From assembly GCA_015233405.1 (NCBI GenBank), contig JADFXT010000001.1, positions 18,238 through 82,237 on the forward strand: a stretch of 64,000 nt of DNA. Direction: 5' to 3'. A program made the translations under genes and the position numbers. Source of the DNA: Candidatus Omnitrophota bacterium (lineage in GTDB: Bacteria > Omnitrophota > Gorgyraeia > Zapsychrales > Zapsychraceae). This document shows, one piece after another, positions 1 through 9,361 of this stretch. Within the stretch, counting starts at the first letter, position 1; every line of letters begins with the position of its first letter. The notes below the pieces were generated by a model, which made no database searches, had not been told where the DNA came from, and was given only the letters and a program-made list of their open reading frames with translations.

Positions 1-2535
1 AAGAAAAAGAAGGTTCCTGTTCCGGAAGGGTTCCTAAAGTCTTTGACCAAAGGAAGCCTTTTGGCGAGCCATGCGAATGAGCAAAGTTCTGTGTCAGGTA
101 TTATTTTAACGACGGACGGTCCGCTTTTAGTGGCTTCCAAGCCGATCTTAACCAGCGAGAGCAAAGGCCCTGTCAAAGGAGCTCTTATCTTTGCTGCGGA
201 CCTTGATTCAGATGAGATTGCGCGTTTAGGGAATATCCTTCGTCTTGATATGGATGTCAAAGGATTTAAAGCGGCTGGCTTGCCTGAGGATTTTGTTGTC
301 GCGCGTAGATCGTTTCTTGACGGTAGGCAGAAAGTTCTCGCTGAATTTGGTAAAGACAAAGTTGCCGGATATAGTGTCTTAAAAGATATTTATGGCAAAT
401 CCGCTTTGATATTAAAAATATCCGAACCCAGAGAGATCTATCAATTTGGCAGCCGCACATTAAATTATTTCGTTTTAGTTCTTCTTCTGGTCGGGCTTCT
501 TTTTGGGGCAGCTGTCTTTTTCCCATTGGAACAGGAGATTATTGCAAGAAAGTGGACAGAGAAGTTGTTGCGCGAGATTGGGGAAAAATATCAGACTTTG
601 ATTGAAACAACCAACACAGGTTATTTGATCCTTGATTCTCAAGGGAAAGTCGTTGATGCCAATAAAGAATATTTAAGATTAATCGGCCGAAAGTCACTTA
701 GCGATGTGTTAGGCAAGAGCGTGACCGATTGGACCGCTCCCTATGATCTGAAACGAAACGCCGACGCTATCAAAGAATGCATGGCAAAGGGATTTATTCG
801 GAATTTGACGATCGATTATTTGGCTCCGGATGGGAAGATCACACCTGTTGAAATTCAGGCGACGGTGGTCAAGACAGAAGGGGATTTTCAAATCGTGTCT
901 TTGTGCCGGGATATTACCATCCGTAAAATGGCCCAGGAAGCCATCCATAAGGCTAAAGAAGAGGCCGAGGCGTCCGCAAAAGCCAAAAGCAGTTTTTTGT
1001 CCAACATGTCTCATGAAATCCGTACTCCGATGAATGCCATTCTGGGATTTGGCGAGCTTCTAAAATCGACACCTGGACTTACGGATAAACAAAAAGGGTA
1101 TGTGGAGATGATCAATTCAAGCGGCCAAGGATTGGTCAAGATCATCGACGACATTCTCGATATTTCCAAAATGGAAGCCGGCCGGATCGTTTTTGAAACG
1201 GTGGAATTTGATTTGCATTATTTATCGGTCAATGTGTTTAAGATGATCGCGGTGCGGCTGAAAGGCAGCAACGTCCATCCTTATGTGGAGATCGCCCAAG
1301 ACGTTCCGATCCTGGTCAAAGGAGACCCGACGAGATTAAGGCAAATCTTGGTCAATCTTTTGGGGAATGCCGCGAAGTTCACGAAGAAAGGCGGAGTTGG
1401 CCTGATCGTAGAATTGGGAGAGAATTCTAAGACGCCGGCCGATGAAATCGCGATCCGCTTTATCGTTAAAGACACCGGCATCGGAATCCCTAAGGATAAA
1501 ATAGAAGAAATATTTCTTCCTTTTACGCAAGCGGACAGTTCGACGACGAGAAAATTTGGCGGCACGGGATTGGGTCTGACCATCGTCAAATCTTTTATCC
1601 AGGCGATGGGCGGACAAATTAATGTCCGTTCCGAGGAGGGGCAAGGAACCGAGTTTATCGTCGATCTTACCTTTAAGAAGGTGGTGAGCCAGGATTCCGC
1701 TAAGGAGAAATTATTAAAGCGAGAAGAATTCATAGGAAAGAAAGTTCTTATCCTTGATGACAACGAGATTGCTCGACGAGTTCTGAATAAAAATTGTCAG
1801 CTCGTAGGCTTAGAGACGCTTGCGATAGAAAGTACGGCCGAAGGCGCTCAAGAAACGCTTGATCGTTTAGCCCGGGAAGGGAAAATCCCGGATGTCCTTT
1901 TATTTGATGTCCTTTTGGAACATGGGGACTCGTTGGGGCTTTTAAAAAACGTCAAGGCCGACGGACGATTCAACCAATGCAAAATCATCGCTGTGACGGC
2001 AGAAGCAAAAATTGGTGACAGAGAAACTGCCAGAAATCTTGGATTTGACGGCTATTTGCCCAAACCGTTCGTGGCCGCGGACTTGGTTCAGGTCTTGAGC
2101 GCTGTTTTGGCAGAACGGAAGGTTGCCGAAGCGGCACTTATTCCGGACGCAGACACTGCTCGAGTGAAAATCCTTCTCGTCGAAGACAGCATCGAAAATG
2201 TGGAACTGATGCTCGAGAATTTTAAGATATTGGGCTGTGATTGTACCTGCGCGTATAACGGGATACAAGCTATCCAGGAACTTCAGACCAATCCTTATGA
2301 TATTTGTTTCATGGATATCCATATGCCTGAAATGAATGGGTTGGAAGCGACGACGATTATTAAACATCAAACTAATATCAAAATCCCGATCATTGCTTTA
2401 ACCGCGGCCGTCTTACCAGAAGAGAAAGACGGAGCATTACAGGCGGGCATGGATGCGTTTCTGACCAAACCGGTTCAATTAGAAACTCTACGGGAAATCA
2501 TCAAAAAATATGCTTTGAAATTTAAGCAATCTTAA
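1..2535 (+). CDS. Hybrid sensor histidine kinase/response regulator (5' partial; periplasmic sensor, TM, PAS, HisKA, HATPase_c, two REC domains)
   Basis: Frame is open to window start (listed TTG at 43 is probably not the true start). H-box [14 protein letters not shown]; G-box GGTGLGL; two receiver domains with D in LLFDV and FMDIHMP; TM segment [18 protein letters not shown]. Confidence 0.85.
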   Translation, partial: KKKKVPVPEGFLKSLTKGSLLASHANEQSSVSGIILTTDGPLLVASKPILTSESKGPVKGALIFAADLDSDEIARLGNILRLDMDVKGFKAAGLPEDFVVARRSFLDGRQKVLAEFGKDKVAGYSVLKDIYGKSALILKISEPREIYQFGSRTLNYFVLVLLLVGLLFGAAVFFPLEQEIIARKWTEKLLREIGEKYQTLIETTNTGYLILDSQGKVVDANKEYLRLIGRKSLSDVLGKSVTDWTAPYDLKRNADAIKECMAKGFIRNLTIDYLAPDGKITPVEIQATVVKTEGDFQIVSLCRDITIRKMAQEAIHKAKEEAEASAKAKSSFLSNMSHEIRTPMNAILGFGELLKSTPGLTDKQKGYVEMINSSGQGLVKIIDDILDISKMEAGRIVFETVEFDLHYLSVNVFKMIAVRLKGSNVHPYVEIAQDVPILVKGDPTRLRQILVNLLGNAAKFTKKGGVGLIVELGENSKTPADEIAIRFIVKDTGIGIPKDKIEEIFLPFTQADSSTTRKFGGTGLGLTIVKSFIQAMGGQINVRSEEGQGTEFIVDLTFKKVVSQDSAKEKLLKREEFIGKKVLILDDNEIARRVLNKNCQLVGLETLAIESTAEGAQETLDRLAREGKIPDVLLFDVLLEHGDSLGLLKNVKADGRFNQCKIIAVTAEAKIGDRETARNLGFDGYLPKPFVAADLVQVLSAVLAERKVAEAALIPDADTARVKILLVEDSIENVELMLENFKILGCDCTCAYNGIQAIQELQTNPYDICFMDIHMPEMNGLEATTIIKHQTNIKIPIIALTAAVLPEEKDGALQAGMDAFLTKPVQLETLREIIKKYALKFKQS

Positions 2536-2647
2536 TTTTTGGTTTATAGATTTTAACGCTTTAAAAGGGAACGTTTTCCTGTTTCTACTAATACTAAGTG
2601 GCATTTTTGATAAAGATATTTTATACTTAATATAGAAGTAAAAAGTA

Positions 2648-2797
2648 GTGAACCGAAACGGCAAACCCATCGTAAGGTGGGGACGCAAAGTTAAAGGGTC
2701 CAAAAGGAATAGGACAGCCTGACTACCGAAGTCGCTGAATGAGTAAGAAATTTTAAGCCTATTCCTAATGATGTACGGGAATAGGCATTTTTTTTGG
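2648..2797 (+). promoter_or_regulatory. c-di-GMP-I (GEMM) riboswitch aptamer plus intrinsic-terminator expression platform
   Basis: Aptamer has GGCAAACC, P2 hairpin CCCAUC-GUAA-GGUGGG (GNRA loop), conserved GGGACGCAAAG, and 3' ACAGCCUGACUACCGAAG (compare Vc2 GGCAAACC...GGGACGCAAAGCC...UACCGAUGG). Terminator GCCTATTCC(2757-2765)/GGAATAGGC(2778-2786) plus T8; its 5' arm can alternatively pair with GGAATAGG (2706-2713) inside the aptamer. Confidence 0.75.
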
Positions 2798-2834
2798 AAG
2801 CTTATGAAGTAAAAGCGATATAAAGAATGTTTTT

Positions 2835-2931
2835 GTCATCCCCGCAATTTTTAGGCGGGGATCCACAAGGGTTGAAGACATGGTTTCCCGACCTGTCTGC
2901 CGACAGGCAGGCAGAAGATTTCGGGAATGAC
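2835..2931 (+). repeat. MITE/REP-like two-hairpin repeat, copy A
   Basis: GTCATCCCCGCAATTTTTAGGCGGGGATCC hairpin ... GGTTTCCCG..CGGGAATGAC hairpin; near-identical to copy at 7436-7531. Confidence 0.85.
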
Positions 2932-2985
2932 AGCAGTGAAAAAGGAATTATCAGTAGTTTTAGGACGAAAAAGAGGGGGCAATAA

Positions 2986-5900
2986 ATGTTTAGAGGGCAA
3001 GGCACAACAAGAAGTAACATACTAAAGACTATGAGTCTTATAGTCCTCTTTATTTTTATCCCTCAGACTTTATTCGCTCAAATCACTCTTCCAACGCCCG
3101 GGACCATGGTCACGACCAGCGCGTCGTTTGTCCCGCCGATGCTCAAAGGGATGAAGGTTGATTTAAAACAGCCGTTTCAATTTGATTTTATTCTCGATAC
3201 CGGAAATTCTAATTTACAGGACGATGATCTAAAAGATGAATCCAATAAGCTCATCCGCTATTTTCTTTCGTCCTTGACCATCCCGGAAAAAGATTTGTGG
3301 GTCAACTTGTCTCCGTATGAGAAAAACCGTATTATTCCCGACGAGTTCGGCACAACGGAAATGGGCCGCGACTTATTGGCGCAGGATTATATCCTTAAAC
3401 AGATAACAGCTTCGCTCATGTATCCGGAAAACGCAACCGGCAAGGCGTTTTGGCAGAAGGTTTATAAAAAAGCCTATGACCTTTACGGCACGACCGATAT
3501 CCCGACGGACACGTTTAATAAGGTGTGGATCGTTCCGGATAAGGCTGTTGTGTATGAGAATCCGACTCCCAAATCCGGAGAGGCAACGGTATTTGTGGTC
3601 GAGGCGAAGTTGAAGGTGATGCTCGAGGAGGATTATTTTGCGACATCGAATACTGTAGGGGCGGGGTTTCCCCGCCATGAGGATAAAGGGCGCGGGAACC
3701 GCGCCCCTACGGCAATAATCAAAGAGGTCATTATTCCTATTTTGGAAAAAGAAGTCAATGAGGGCGCGAATTTCGCGCAACTGCGTCAGGTGTATTATTC
3801 GCTCATTCTTGCTAAGTGGTATAAGGATAGCCTCAAAGAAAGTATCTTAAATCGCAAATATTCCGACCAGAAAAAGGTTGATGGCGTTGACCTGGCCGGT
3901 AAAAAGGATAAACAAGAAATTTATGAGCAGTATCTTAAGGCGTTTAAGAAGGGCGCGTTTAATTACATCAAAGAGGAATACGATCCAACGACGCAGGCGC
4001 TCATACCCCGCAAATATTTCTCGGGCGGGGCGAATTTTAAAATGGAGAAGCCGATTGAAAAGACAAAATTTTTCCCGAGAGTCATGGGTAATGTGGTCGG
4101 AAAGTTAAAAGAAATCGCAGGTGGTTTTAAAAAATGGATTTTATCGCCGAGGCTCAAAGATGCAGCGATGGTGGTAGCAACCGTTGCAACATTAGTCGTG
4201 CATAATGGAGAAAAAAATGAAGAATTCGATCCTGGTGAGGCTGTAAGACCCGTCGCTGCGGTTGTCGATCAAGCAATGGCTGTAGCGGAAGGAGTTAAGG
4301 CAGCTAAGCCGAATGAAACAGCTTTAAGAGAGGGTTTCAAGTTTCCTTATCTAGGCAAAGCCCCACGGGGTTTTATTATGGGAGGCACCACTAGCAATAC
4401 TCCAAGCGAAAATACTAAAGTCAACAATGCCATGATGAATGTTAAAACAGCAGGAAGCCAAGTTCTAAATGTTTTAGGAAACTTTATTAATCCTGACTAT
4501 GTTCGGCAATTTATTTTCGTAGTGACGGGAAGTTTGTCACTTTTAAGTCCCCTGCCATATGATCCTGGTCCTGAGAAGGACTCAAAGAATTGGAACATGA
4601 AACCTGCTATTACAAGTGACCATGCCATGATGAGCGTTAAGTCGGCCATCGGTGTGCTGGCGATGATGTATATGCTTGCTGGATTGGCTATGCCATCATT
4701 CGCTAATACGCCGGGAAATTTGATTAACCCATCGAGTCTGACTGCGCAAGCGCCCCAAACACGTCAGGCCGCGCCGGTTTCTATTTCCATCGACCAGCTT
4801 AAGAATAAAAATGGCATGATATCGGTCAGGGTCATTCCTCATTCTGAGGTTTATCAAGAATATGAAAAAACACTTTTTGCCTTACAAAGCTGGGCTAGAG
4901 ATAATAATTATCAGGAAGTCCGTGATTTAGGGAATTATATTTTGTTCGTCAATAAAGAGGCCGGGATTTCCATCACATTTGAAACCCGCGAGGGCAATAG
5001 CGATAATCAGAATGCGAACCAACAATTGATCAGGCAGGAAGTCAGAGAATTTCAAACAAAAAATAATCAAGCAACGATTGTTTTAAGTGCCGATGGAACA
5101 ACTTCGGAAATATCAACTGCTGATAATCTTTATTTTGCTTCCGGAATGACGGAAAGCCCGGTTATTGTCATCCCTAATAATGTCGATAGCAAGGTCCTTG
5201 ATAAAATTCGAGCCGCGCATCCGAAGGCGACGATTCTTCAGGCGGATGGTGGCGTCCTGATGGATTTTCTTAAACTTCTTCCGTATATTTCTCAGAATGG
5301 CGCGTTAAGTACGAAAAACACTTCATTCTCCGTCGCTGATACATCCAAATCAGCAAATCCTATGAATGCCGGTACAACCGCAATCCTTTTGGCATTACTG
5401 GGCGGCGGTATTGGCGGAGGAATAAGATTTGTGGGAAGGTCCAAGACGCGGTCAAATAATTCGCAGAGTTTTAATGTCAATTTGAGCGGGAGCCCTTCAA
5501 CCAGTAATCCGGGCATAGCAAAGAAAGCACCGAGATATAATGAGAAAGGCGAAGAGATCATTGGTGACTTCGCCATGATGACGAATAATCAGACAACAAA
5601 AATCCCAGCCGCTACCAGCGCAGGAAGGCTCACGCACCTTCAGAAAAAAATGATTGATGCCCTGGCTAAACAAAGACCGGACAAAGGCCAAGAGGAACCC
5701 ATTTATATCGCCGATATCGGATTCGGAGGAATGTCGACCGTGTTTGATTTAGCAAAAGAACTTAGCAGCCAAGGTTTTAAGAATGTTATTTTCTACGGAA
5801 TGGATTACCGTGCTGAAGTTGTTAAAGGCGCGCAAGATTTTGTATCCAAGCAAGGAAACATCGACGGAATAAGCCGTTTTCAATTTGTTAACGGCAGTTT

Positions 5901-6684
5901 TGAAGCTCTTCAGGACAAGGGGCAGTTTGATCTTATCGTAACGTCGAATACCCTGATGTGGTATGACAATGGGACGGATGCGGTCCAGAAATATCGTAAA
6001 AACATGCAACAAGCCCTTAAAGAAAACGGTATGGCGATCGAAGCAACAGGCGGAGGGGAAAAATTTTCTATTGGATATGTTCAGTGGAATAAAAATAATG
6101 TTACTGAAAGAGGGATCATTGACCCCCAGGGGACAGTATCCAGGAGTAATGCTATGATTCAAGAAGAGAGTGTTGAATCAATACAAAAATCCATTGGGGA
6201 AATTTTTCCTATTTTAAAAGATAGCAATAATTTGTCGGCTATTGCTGCTGTTGTCAAAGAACTTCGCGGAAATAATGTCGAAACTCGTCCAGATAAGCTT
6301 GTTAAGTGGATGAAAACAGCCCTATCTTTAGATTTAAACTGTTTAGAAAGCGAACTAGAGTCTAAGTTAGGGATCCAGATGAATGACGTTAACCTTTTTA
6401 AACTTCTCTATGCCGGGCATACAACAGAAGAACGCCTCAACAAAGACAACGCTCCTTTAGCCAATCCTGGTGGTATTGATTTTAATCCGAACCGTCTAGA
6501 GCTTGATAAACAAGGCGCGCATAATGATTTTGAAATGCCGACCAATCCCGCGGACATGGAAAACATCCAGATCAATGGCCTTGTGCCGGTTATTATGAAA
6601 ATCTCGCCGGTCACGAACCTGCCGCTTCTTCTTGGAGCGAATCAAAATAGCGAAACAACCAGTCCGTTACAAGCAGGTTCTTAG
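2986..6684 (+). CDS. Large secreted protein, paralog 1 (signal peptide; N-domain shared with 14975-19825; internal signal-peptide-like segment; putative class I SAM-methyltransferase-like module; conserved C-terminal GGIDxNP domain)
   Basis: RBS AGAGGGGG before ATG. N-region (from ~aa 60 to ~aa 400) aligns with 14975-19825 (DLWVNL..GRDLLAQDY..KVWIVP.KAVVYENP); the first ~60 aa are not shared. MTase-like IADIGFGGMS...FDLIVTSNTLMW. C-term PGGIDFNPNRLELDKQG. Confidence 0.7.
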   Translation: MFRGQGTTRSNILKTMSLIVLFIFIPQTLFAQITLPTPGTMVTTSASFVPPMLKGMKVDLKQPFQFDFILDTGNSNLQDDDLKDESNKLIRYFLSSLTIPEKDLWVNLSPYEKNRIIPDEFGTTEMGRDLLAQDYILKQITASLMYPENATGKAFWQKVYKKAYDLYGTTDIPTDTFNKVWIVPDKAVVYENPTPKSGEATVFVVEAKLKVMLEEDYFATSNTVGAGFPRHEDKGRGNRAPTAIIKEVIIPILEKEVNEGANFAQLRQVYYSLILAKWYKDSLKESILNRKYSDQKKVDGVDLAGKKDKQEIYEQYLKAFKKGAFNYIKEEYDPTTQALIPRKYFSGGANFKMEKPIEKTKFFPRVMGNVVGKLKEIAGGFKKWILSPRLKDAAMVVATVATLVVHNGEKNEEFDPGEAVRPVAAVVDQAMAVAEGVKAAKPNETALREGFKFPYLGKAPRGFIMGGTTSNTPSENTKVNNAMMNVKTAGSQVLNVLGNFINPDYVRQFIFVVTGSLSLLSPLPYDPGPEKDSKNWNMKPAITSDHAMMSVKSAIGVLAMMYMLAGLAMPSFANTPGNLINPSSLTAQAPQTRQAAPVSISIDQLKNKNGMISVRVIPHSEVYQEYEKTLFALQSWARDNNYQEVRDLGNYILFVNKEAGISITFETREGNSDNQNANQQLIRQEVREFQTKNNQATIVLSADGTTSEISTADNLYFASGMTESPVIVIPNNVDSKVLDKIRAAHPKATILQADGGVLMDFLKLLPYISQNGALSTKNTSFSVADTSKSANPMNAGTTAILLALLGGGIGGGIRFVGRSKTRSNNSQSFNVNLSGSPSTSNPGIAKKAPRYNEKGEEIIGDFAMMTNNQTTKIPAATSAGRLTHLQKKMIDALAKQRPDKGQEEPIYIADIGFGGMSTVFDLAKELSSQGFKNVIFYGMDYRAEVVKGAQDFVSKQGNIDGISRFQFVNGSFEALQDKGQFDLIVTSNTLMWYDNGTDAVQKYRKNMQQALKENGMAIEATGGGEKFSIGYVQWNKNNVTERGIIDPQGTVSRSNAMIQEESVESIQKSIGEIFPILKDSNNLSAIAAVVKELRGNNVETRPDKLVKWMKTALSLDLNCLESELESKLGIQMNDVNLFKLLYAGHTTEERLNKDNAPLANPGGIDFNPNRLELDKQGAHNDFEMPTNPADMENIQINGLVPVIMKISPVTNLPLLLGANQNSETTSPLQAGS
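3655..3710 (+). repeat. GC-rich nested palindromic element inserted in frame within CDS
   Basis: GTAGGGGC[GCGGGGTTTCCCCGC]CATGAGGATAAA[GGGCGCGGGAACCGCGCCC]CTAC; sits at the site homologous to the MITE insertion in the paralog. Confidence 0.6.
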
Positions 6685-6735
6685 CTTTTCTTTCCTATTT
6701 GACGCAAAAATTATTTTATGATACTTTAGTGGGTC

Positions 6736-7425
6736 ATGATTAAAGATAATGTAAATAATATTAATAATAAAATTGCCTCTATCTGTGCGCACCTTAGACG
6801 AGACCCCAAAGAGATTGTCCTTGTTGGGGTTACGAAATACGCGGACGTTCCATCAATTAAAGAAGCGGTAGACGCCGGCATTATGCATATCGGCGAAAAT
6901 TACGTCCAAGATGCTGTCAAAAAACTTGAAGAACTTGATACTCTGGGCGTTAAAGTTACAAAGCATTTTATCGGACATTTGCAGACCAACAAAGTTAAGC
7001 TGGTCCTTCCCGTCTTTGATTTGATCCAATCCGTGGACAGCTTCAAGCTCGCCCAAGAAATTGAGAAACAAGCCTTGAAAATCGGCAAAAGGGTTGATAT
7101 TCTGGTTCAAGTCAATATTTCAGGAGAGAAACAAAAATTCGGCGCGGATAAATTGTCCGGCCATCAGTTGGTTAAGGATATTTCAGCGTTAAAAAATATT
7201 CGCATTCTTGGACTTATGACCATGGCGCCCGAGATCGAGGATAAAGATATCATCCGCGAATGTTTTAAGGGCTTACGGTTATTGCGTGATCAGATCGTCG
7301 AGGAAATGGGCCGGCGGGATCATATGGACATGAAATATTTATCCATGGGCATGAGCGCGGATTATGAAATCGCCCTTGAAGAAGGTTCGAATATGGTAAG
7401 AATCGGAAGGGCGATTTTTAAATAA
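6736..7425 (+). CDS. yggS: YggS-family pyridoxal-phosphate homeostasis protein
   Basis: HFIGHLQTNKVK hallmark; ~229 aa alanine-racemase-N-like fold. Confidence 0.85.
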   Translation: MIKDNVNNINNKIASICAHLRRDPKEIVLVGVTKYADVPSIKEAVDAGIMHIGENYVQDAVKKLEELDTLGVKVTKHFIGHLQTNKVKLVLPVFDLIQSVDSFKLAQEIEKQALKIGKRVDILVQVNISGEKQKFGADKLSGHQLVKDISALKNIRILGLMTMAPEIEDKDIIRECFKGLRLLRDQIVEEMGRRDHMDMKYLSMGMSADYEIALEEGSNMVRIGRAIFK

Positions 7426-7435
7426 GTTTTTTGTT

Positions 7436-7531
7436 GTCATCCCCGCAATTTTTAGGCGGGGATCCACAAGATTTGAAAACATGGATTCCCGACCTGTCTG
7501 CCGACAGGCAGGCAAAAGATTTCGGCAATGA
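7436..7531 (+). repeat. MITE/REP-like repeat, copy B
   Basis: GTCATCCCCGCAATTTTTAGGCGGGGATCCACAAG...GGATTCCCGACCTGTCTGCCGACAGGCAGGCAAAAGATTTCGGCAATGAC. Confidence 0.85.
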
Positions 7532-7548
7532 CCTGAAGTGGGGTTGGG

Positions 7549-8370
7549 ATGAAAAGAATGGAAGCATTGACCACTTTTAATATTATGAAAACTAAAATCG
7601 GTTTTATCGGTTGTGGAAATATGGGGCAGGCGATCCTTAAAGGAGTCGTGAAGGATTCCTCTATTCTCGTCGCTGAGAAGGACGCGTCCCGCGTCGCACT
7701 TCTTAAGAAAAAATATAAAGTGGCTTGTGCGGATGTGCCGACCGTGGTTAAGAAATCTAATATTATTATTCTTGCGGTCAAGCCGCAGGATTTTGGCCAA
7801 ATCCTCGACGAGATAAAGGGATCTTTAACAAAGAATCATCTGGTGATTTCTATCGCCGCAGGCATTACGTGTTCGTATATCGAAGAAAGATTAGGGGATG
7901 TCAGAGTTGTCCGCACTATGCCGAACTTGCCGGCGCAGGTTGGTGTGGGCATGACCGCTCTTTGTAAGGGGAAGTTTGCCAAAGATAATGATGTGAAACA
8001 ATCCCAGCGGATCTTTGATGCGATTGGGAAAACCGTTATTGTCGACGAAAAATGGATGAACGCTGTGACGGCCGTCTCCGGCAGCGGGCCGGCGTATGTG
8101 TTTTTATTCGTCGAATGTATGATGAATGCGGCAAAAGCCTTAGGATTCCCGGACGATGTTTCTAAGGATTTGGTCTATCAGACGCTTAAAGGAAGCGTCA
8201 AACTTTTGGAAGAGTCCAGCGACGGGGCAGAAACATTGCGTTTAAAGGTGACGTCCAAAGGCGGAACAACGGAAGCAGCCATCAAAGAATTTTTTGGCGC
8301 AAAGTTAGATGAGATTTTTAAGACGGCCTTGAAAGCAGCGGAAACAAGGGCGAGAGAATTGGCAAAATAA
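7549..8370 (+). CDS. proC: Pyrroline-5-carboxylate reductase
   Basis: GFIGCGNMGQAIL NADP-binding N-term; KGGTTEAAI C-term motif. Confidence 0.85.
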   Translation: MKRMEALTTFNIMKTKIGFIGCGNMGQAILKGVVKDSSILVAEKDASRVALLKKKYKVACADVPTVVKKSNIIILAVKPQDFGQILDEIKGSLTKNHLVISIAAGITCSYIEERLGDVRVVRTMPNLPAQVGVGMTALCKGKFAKDNDVKQSQRIFDAIGKTVIVDEKWMNAVTAVSGSGPAYVFLFVECMMNAAKALGFPDDVSKDLVYQTLKGSVKLLEESSDGAETLRLKVTSKGGTTEAAIKEFFGAKLDEIFKTALKAAETRARELAK

Positions 8371-8382
8371 AAGGAGGCAGGC

Positions 8383-9243
8383 ATGTCCAAAGTCGGGATC
8401 ATCGGCGGGAGCGGGCTTTATGAAATGGAAGGATTTGAAAATAAGGAAGAAGTGGTCATCATCGATACGCCGTTCGGCCAGCCTTCAGGGAATCTGATCA
8501 CCGGGACATTTCAGGGGATTGATGTGGTCTTTATTGCGCGCCACGGCAAAGGCCATCGTTTGTCGCCGAGCCAAATCAACTATCGCGCGAACATTTTTGA
8601 GATGAAACGCATGGGCGTCAGCGCAATTCTATCTGTGTCCGCGGTCGGAAGCCTCAAAGAACATTTAAAGCCGATGGATTTTGTCGTGCCGGACCAATTT
8701 CTAGACCGCACGACCCTTCGGCAAGCGAGTTTTTTTGTGGACGGAATTGTCGGGCACGTAAGTTTTGCCGACCCTGTGGATAAACAACTTGCGAAAATTC
8801 TTGTCGAAGCTGCGAAACAGGCCGGGTCAACGGTCCATGAAGGCGGGACGTATGTCAATATGGAGGGCCCGCAATTCTCGACGAAAGCCGAATCGAATTT
8901 GTATCGCAGCTGGGGAATGGATATTATCGGTATGACCAATATGACAGAAGCCAAATTGGCGCGTGAGGCGGAGATCGCTTACGCTACGCTTGCCGCGGTG
9001 ACGGATTATGACTGCTGGCATCCGGACCATGATTCTGTTACGGTCGAGATGATTCTTAACAACTTGAATAAAAATGTTGCAAAAGCCAAAGAAATCCTTA
9101 GAATTGCTATACCAAAAGTCGGGAAGATTGAAAAGTTTGAGGCGAACGATGCTTTAAAATATGCGCTTGTGACAAGCGGTTCTGTTATTCCCGAGGACAT
9201 TAAAAAGCGATACCAGGTGTTGATTGGAAAATATATAAAATAG
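8383..9243 (+). CDS. mtnP: S-methyl-5'-thioadenosine phosphorylase
   Basis: KVGIIGGSGL; PSxINYRANI; TDYDCW, collinear with MTAP family. Confidence 0.85.
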   Translation: MSKVGIIGGSGLYEMEGFENKEEVVIIDTPFGQPSGNLITGTFQGIDVVFIARHGKGHRLSPSQINYRANIFEMKRMGVSAILSVSAVGSLKEHLKPMDFVVPDQFLDRTTLRQASFFVDGIVGHVSFADPVDKQLAKILVEAAKQAGSTVHEGGTYVNMEGPQFSTKAESNLYRSWGMDIIGMTNMTEAKLAREAEIAYATLAAVTDYDCWHPDHDSVTVEMILNNLNKNVAKAKEILRIAIPKVGKIEKFEANDALKYALVTSGSVIPEDIKKRYQVLIGKYIK

Positions 9244-9257
9244 ACTACTCCGTCACT

Positions 9258-9350
9258 GTCATTCCCGCGAAAGCGGGAATCCAGGATATGTTGTAAATTC
9301 CAGCGCAAAACCGAAAGGAGACACTGGATCCCCGCATGCGCGGGGATGAC
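9258..9350 (-). repeat. MITE/REP-like repeat, copy C (inverted orientation)
   Basis: GTCATTCCCGCGAAAGCGGGAATCC ... GGATCCCCGCATGCGCGGGGATGAC. Confidence 0.8.
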
Positions 9351-9361
9351 ATAATTTCTTT

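Noticed and set aside
1281-1763. Minus-strand ORFs nested in the histidine kinase, ileS (10634-11080), mreB (31142-31636), the PilX-like genes (25706-26044, 45726-46094, 46130-46411) and others
   Set aside because: Each lies entirely inside a plus-strand gene with unambiguous homology. They lack RBS and are low-complexity or Arg/Ser-rich, as expected for antisense frames.
5400-5420. Gly-rich LLGGGIGGGIRFVG in paralog 1 as a nucleotide-binding P-loop
   Set aside because: It is embedded in a hydrophobic stretch and lacks the GK[ST] signature. More likely a glycine-zipper membrane or hydrophobic segment.
9006-9308. 100-aa minus-strand ORF (MRWNLQHILDSRFRGNDSDGV...)
   Set aside because: It is a read-through translation of MITE copy C plus the 3' end of mtnP on the opposite strand. 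The same SRLRGND peptide appears wherever the repeat is translated. Not a gene.
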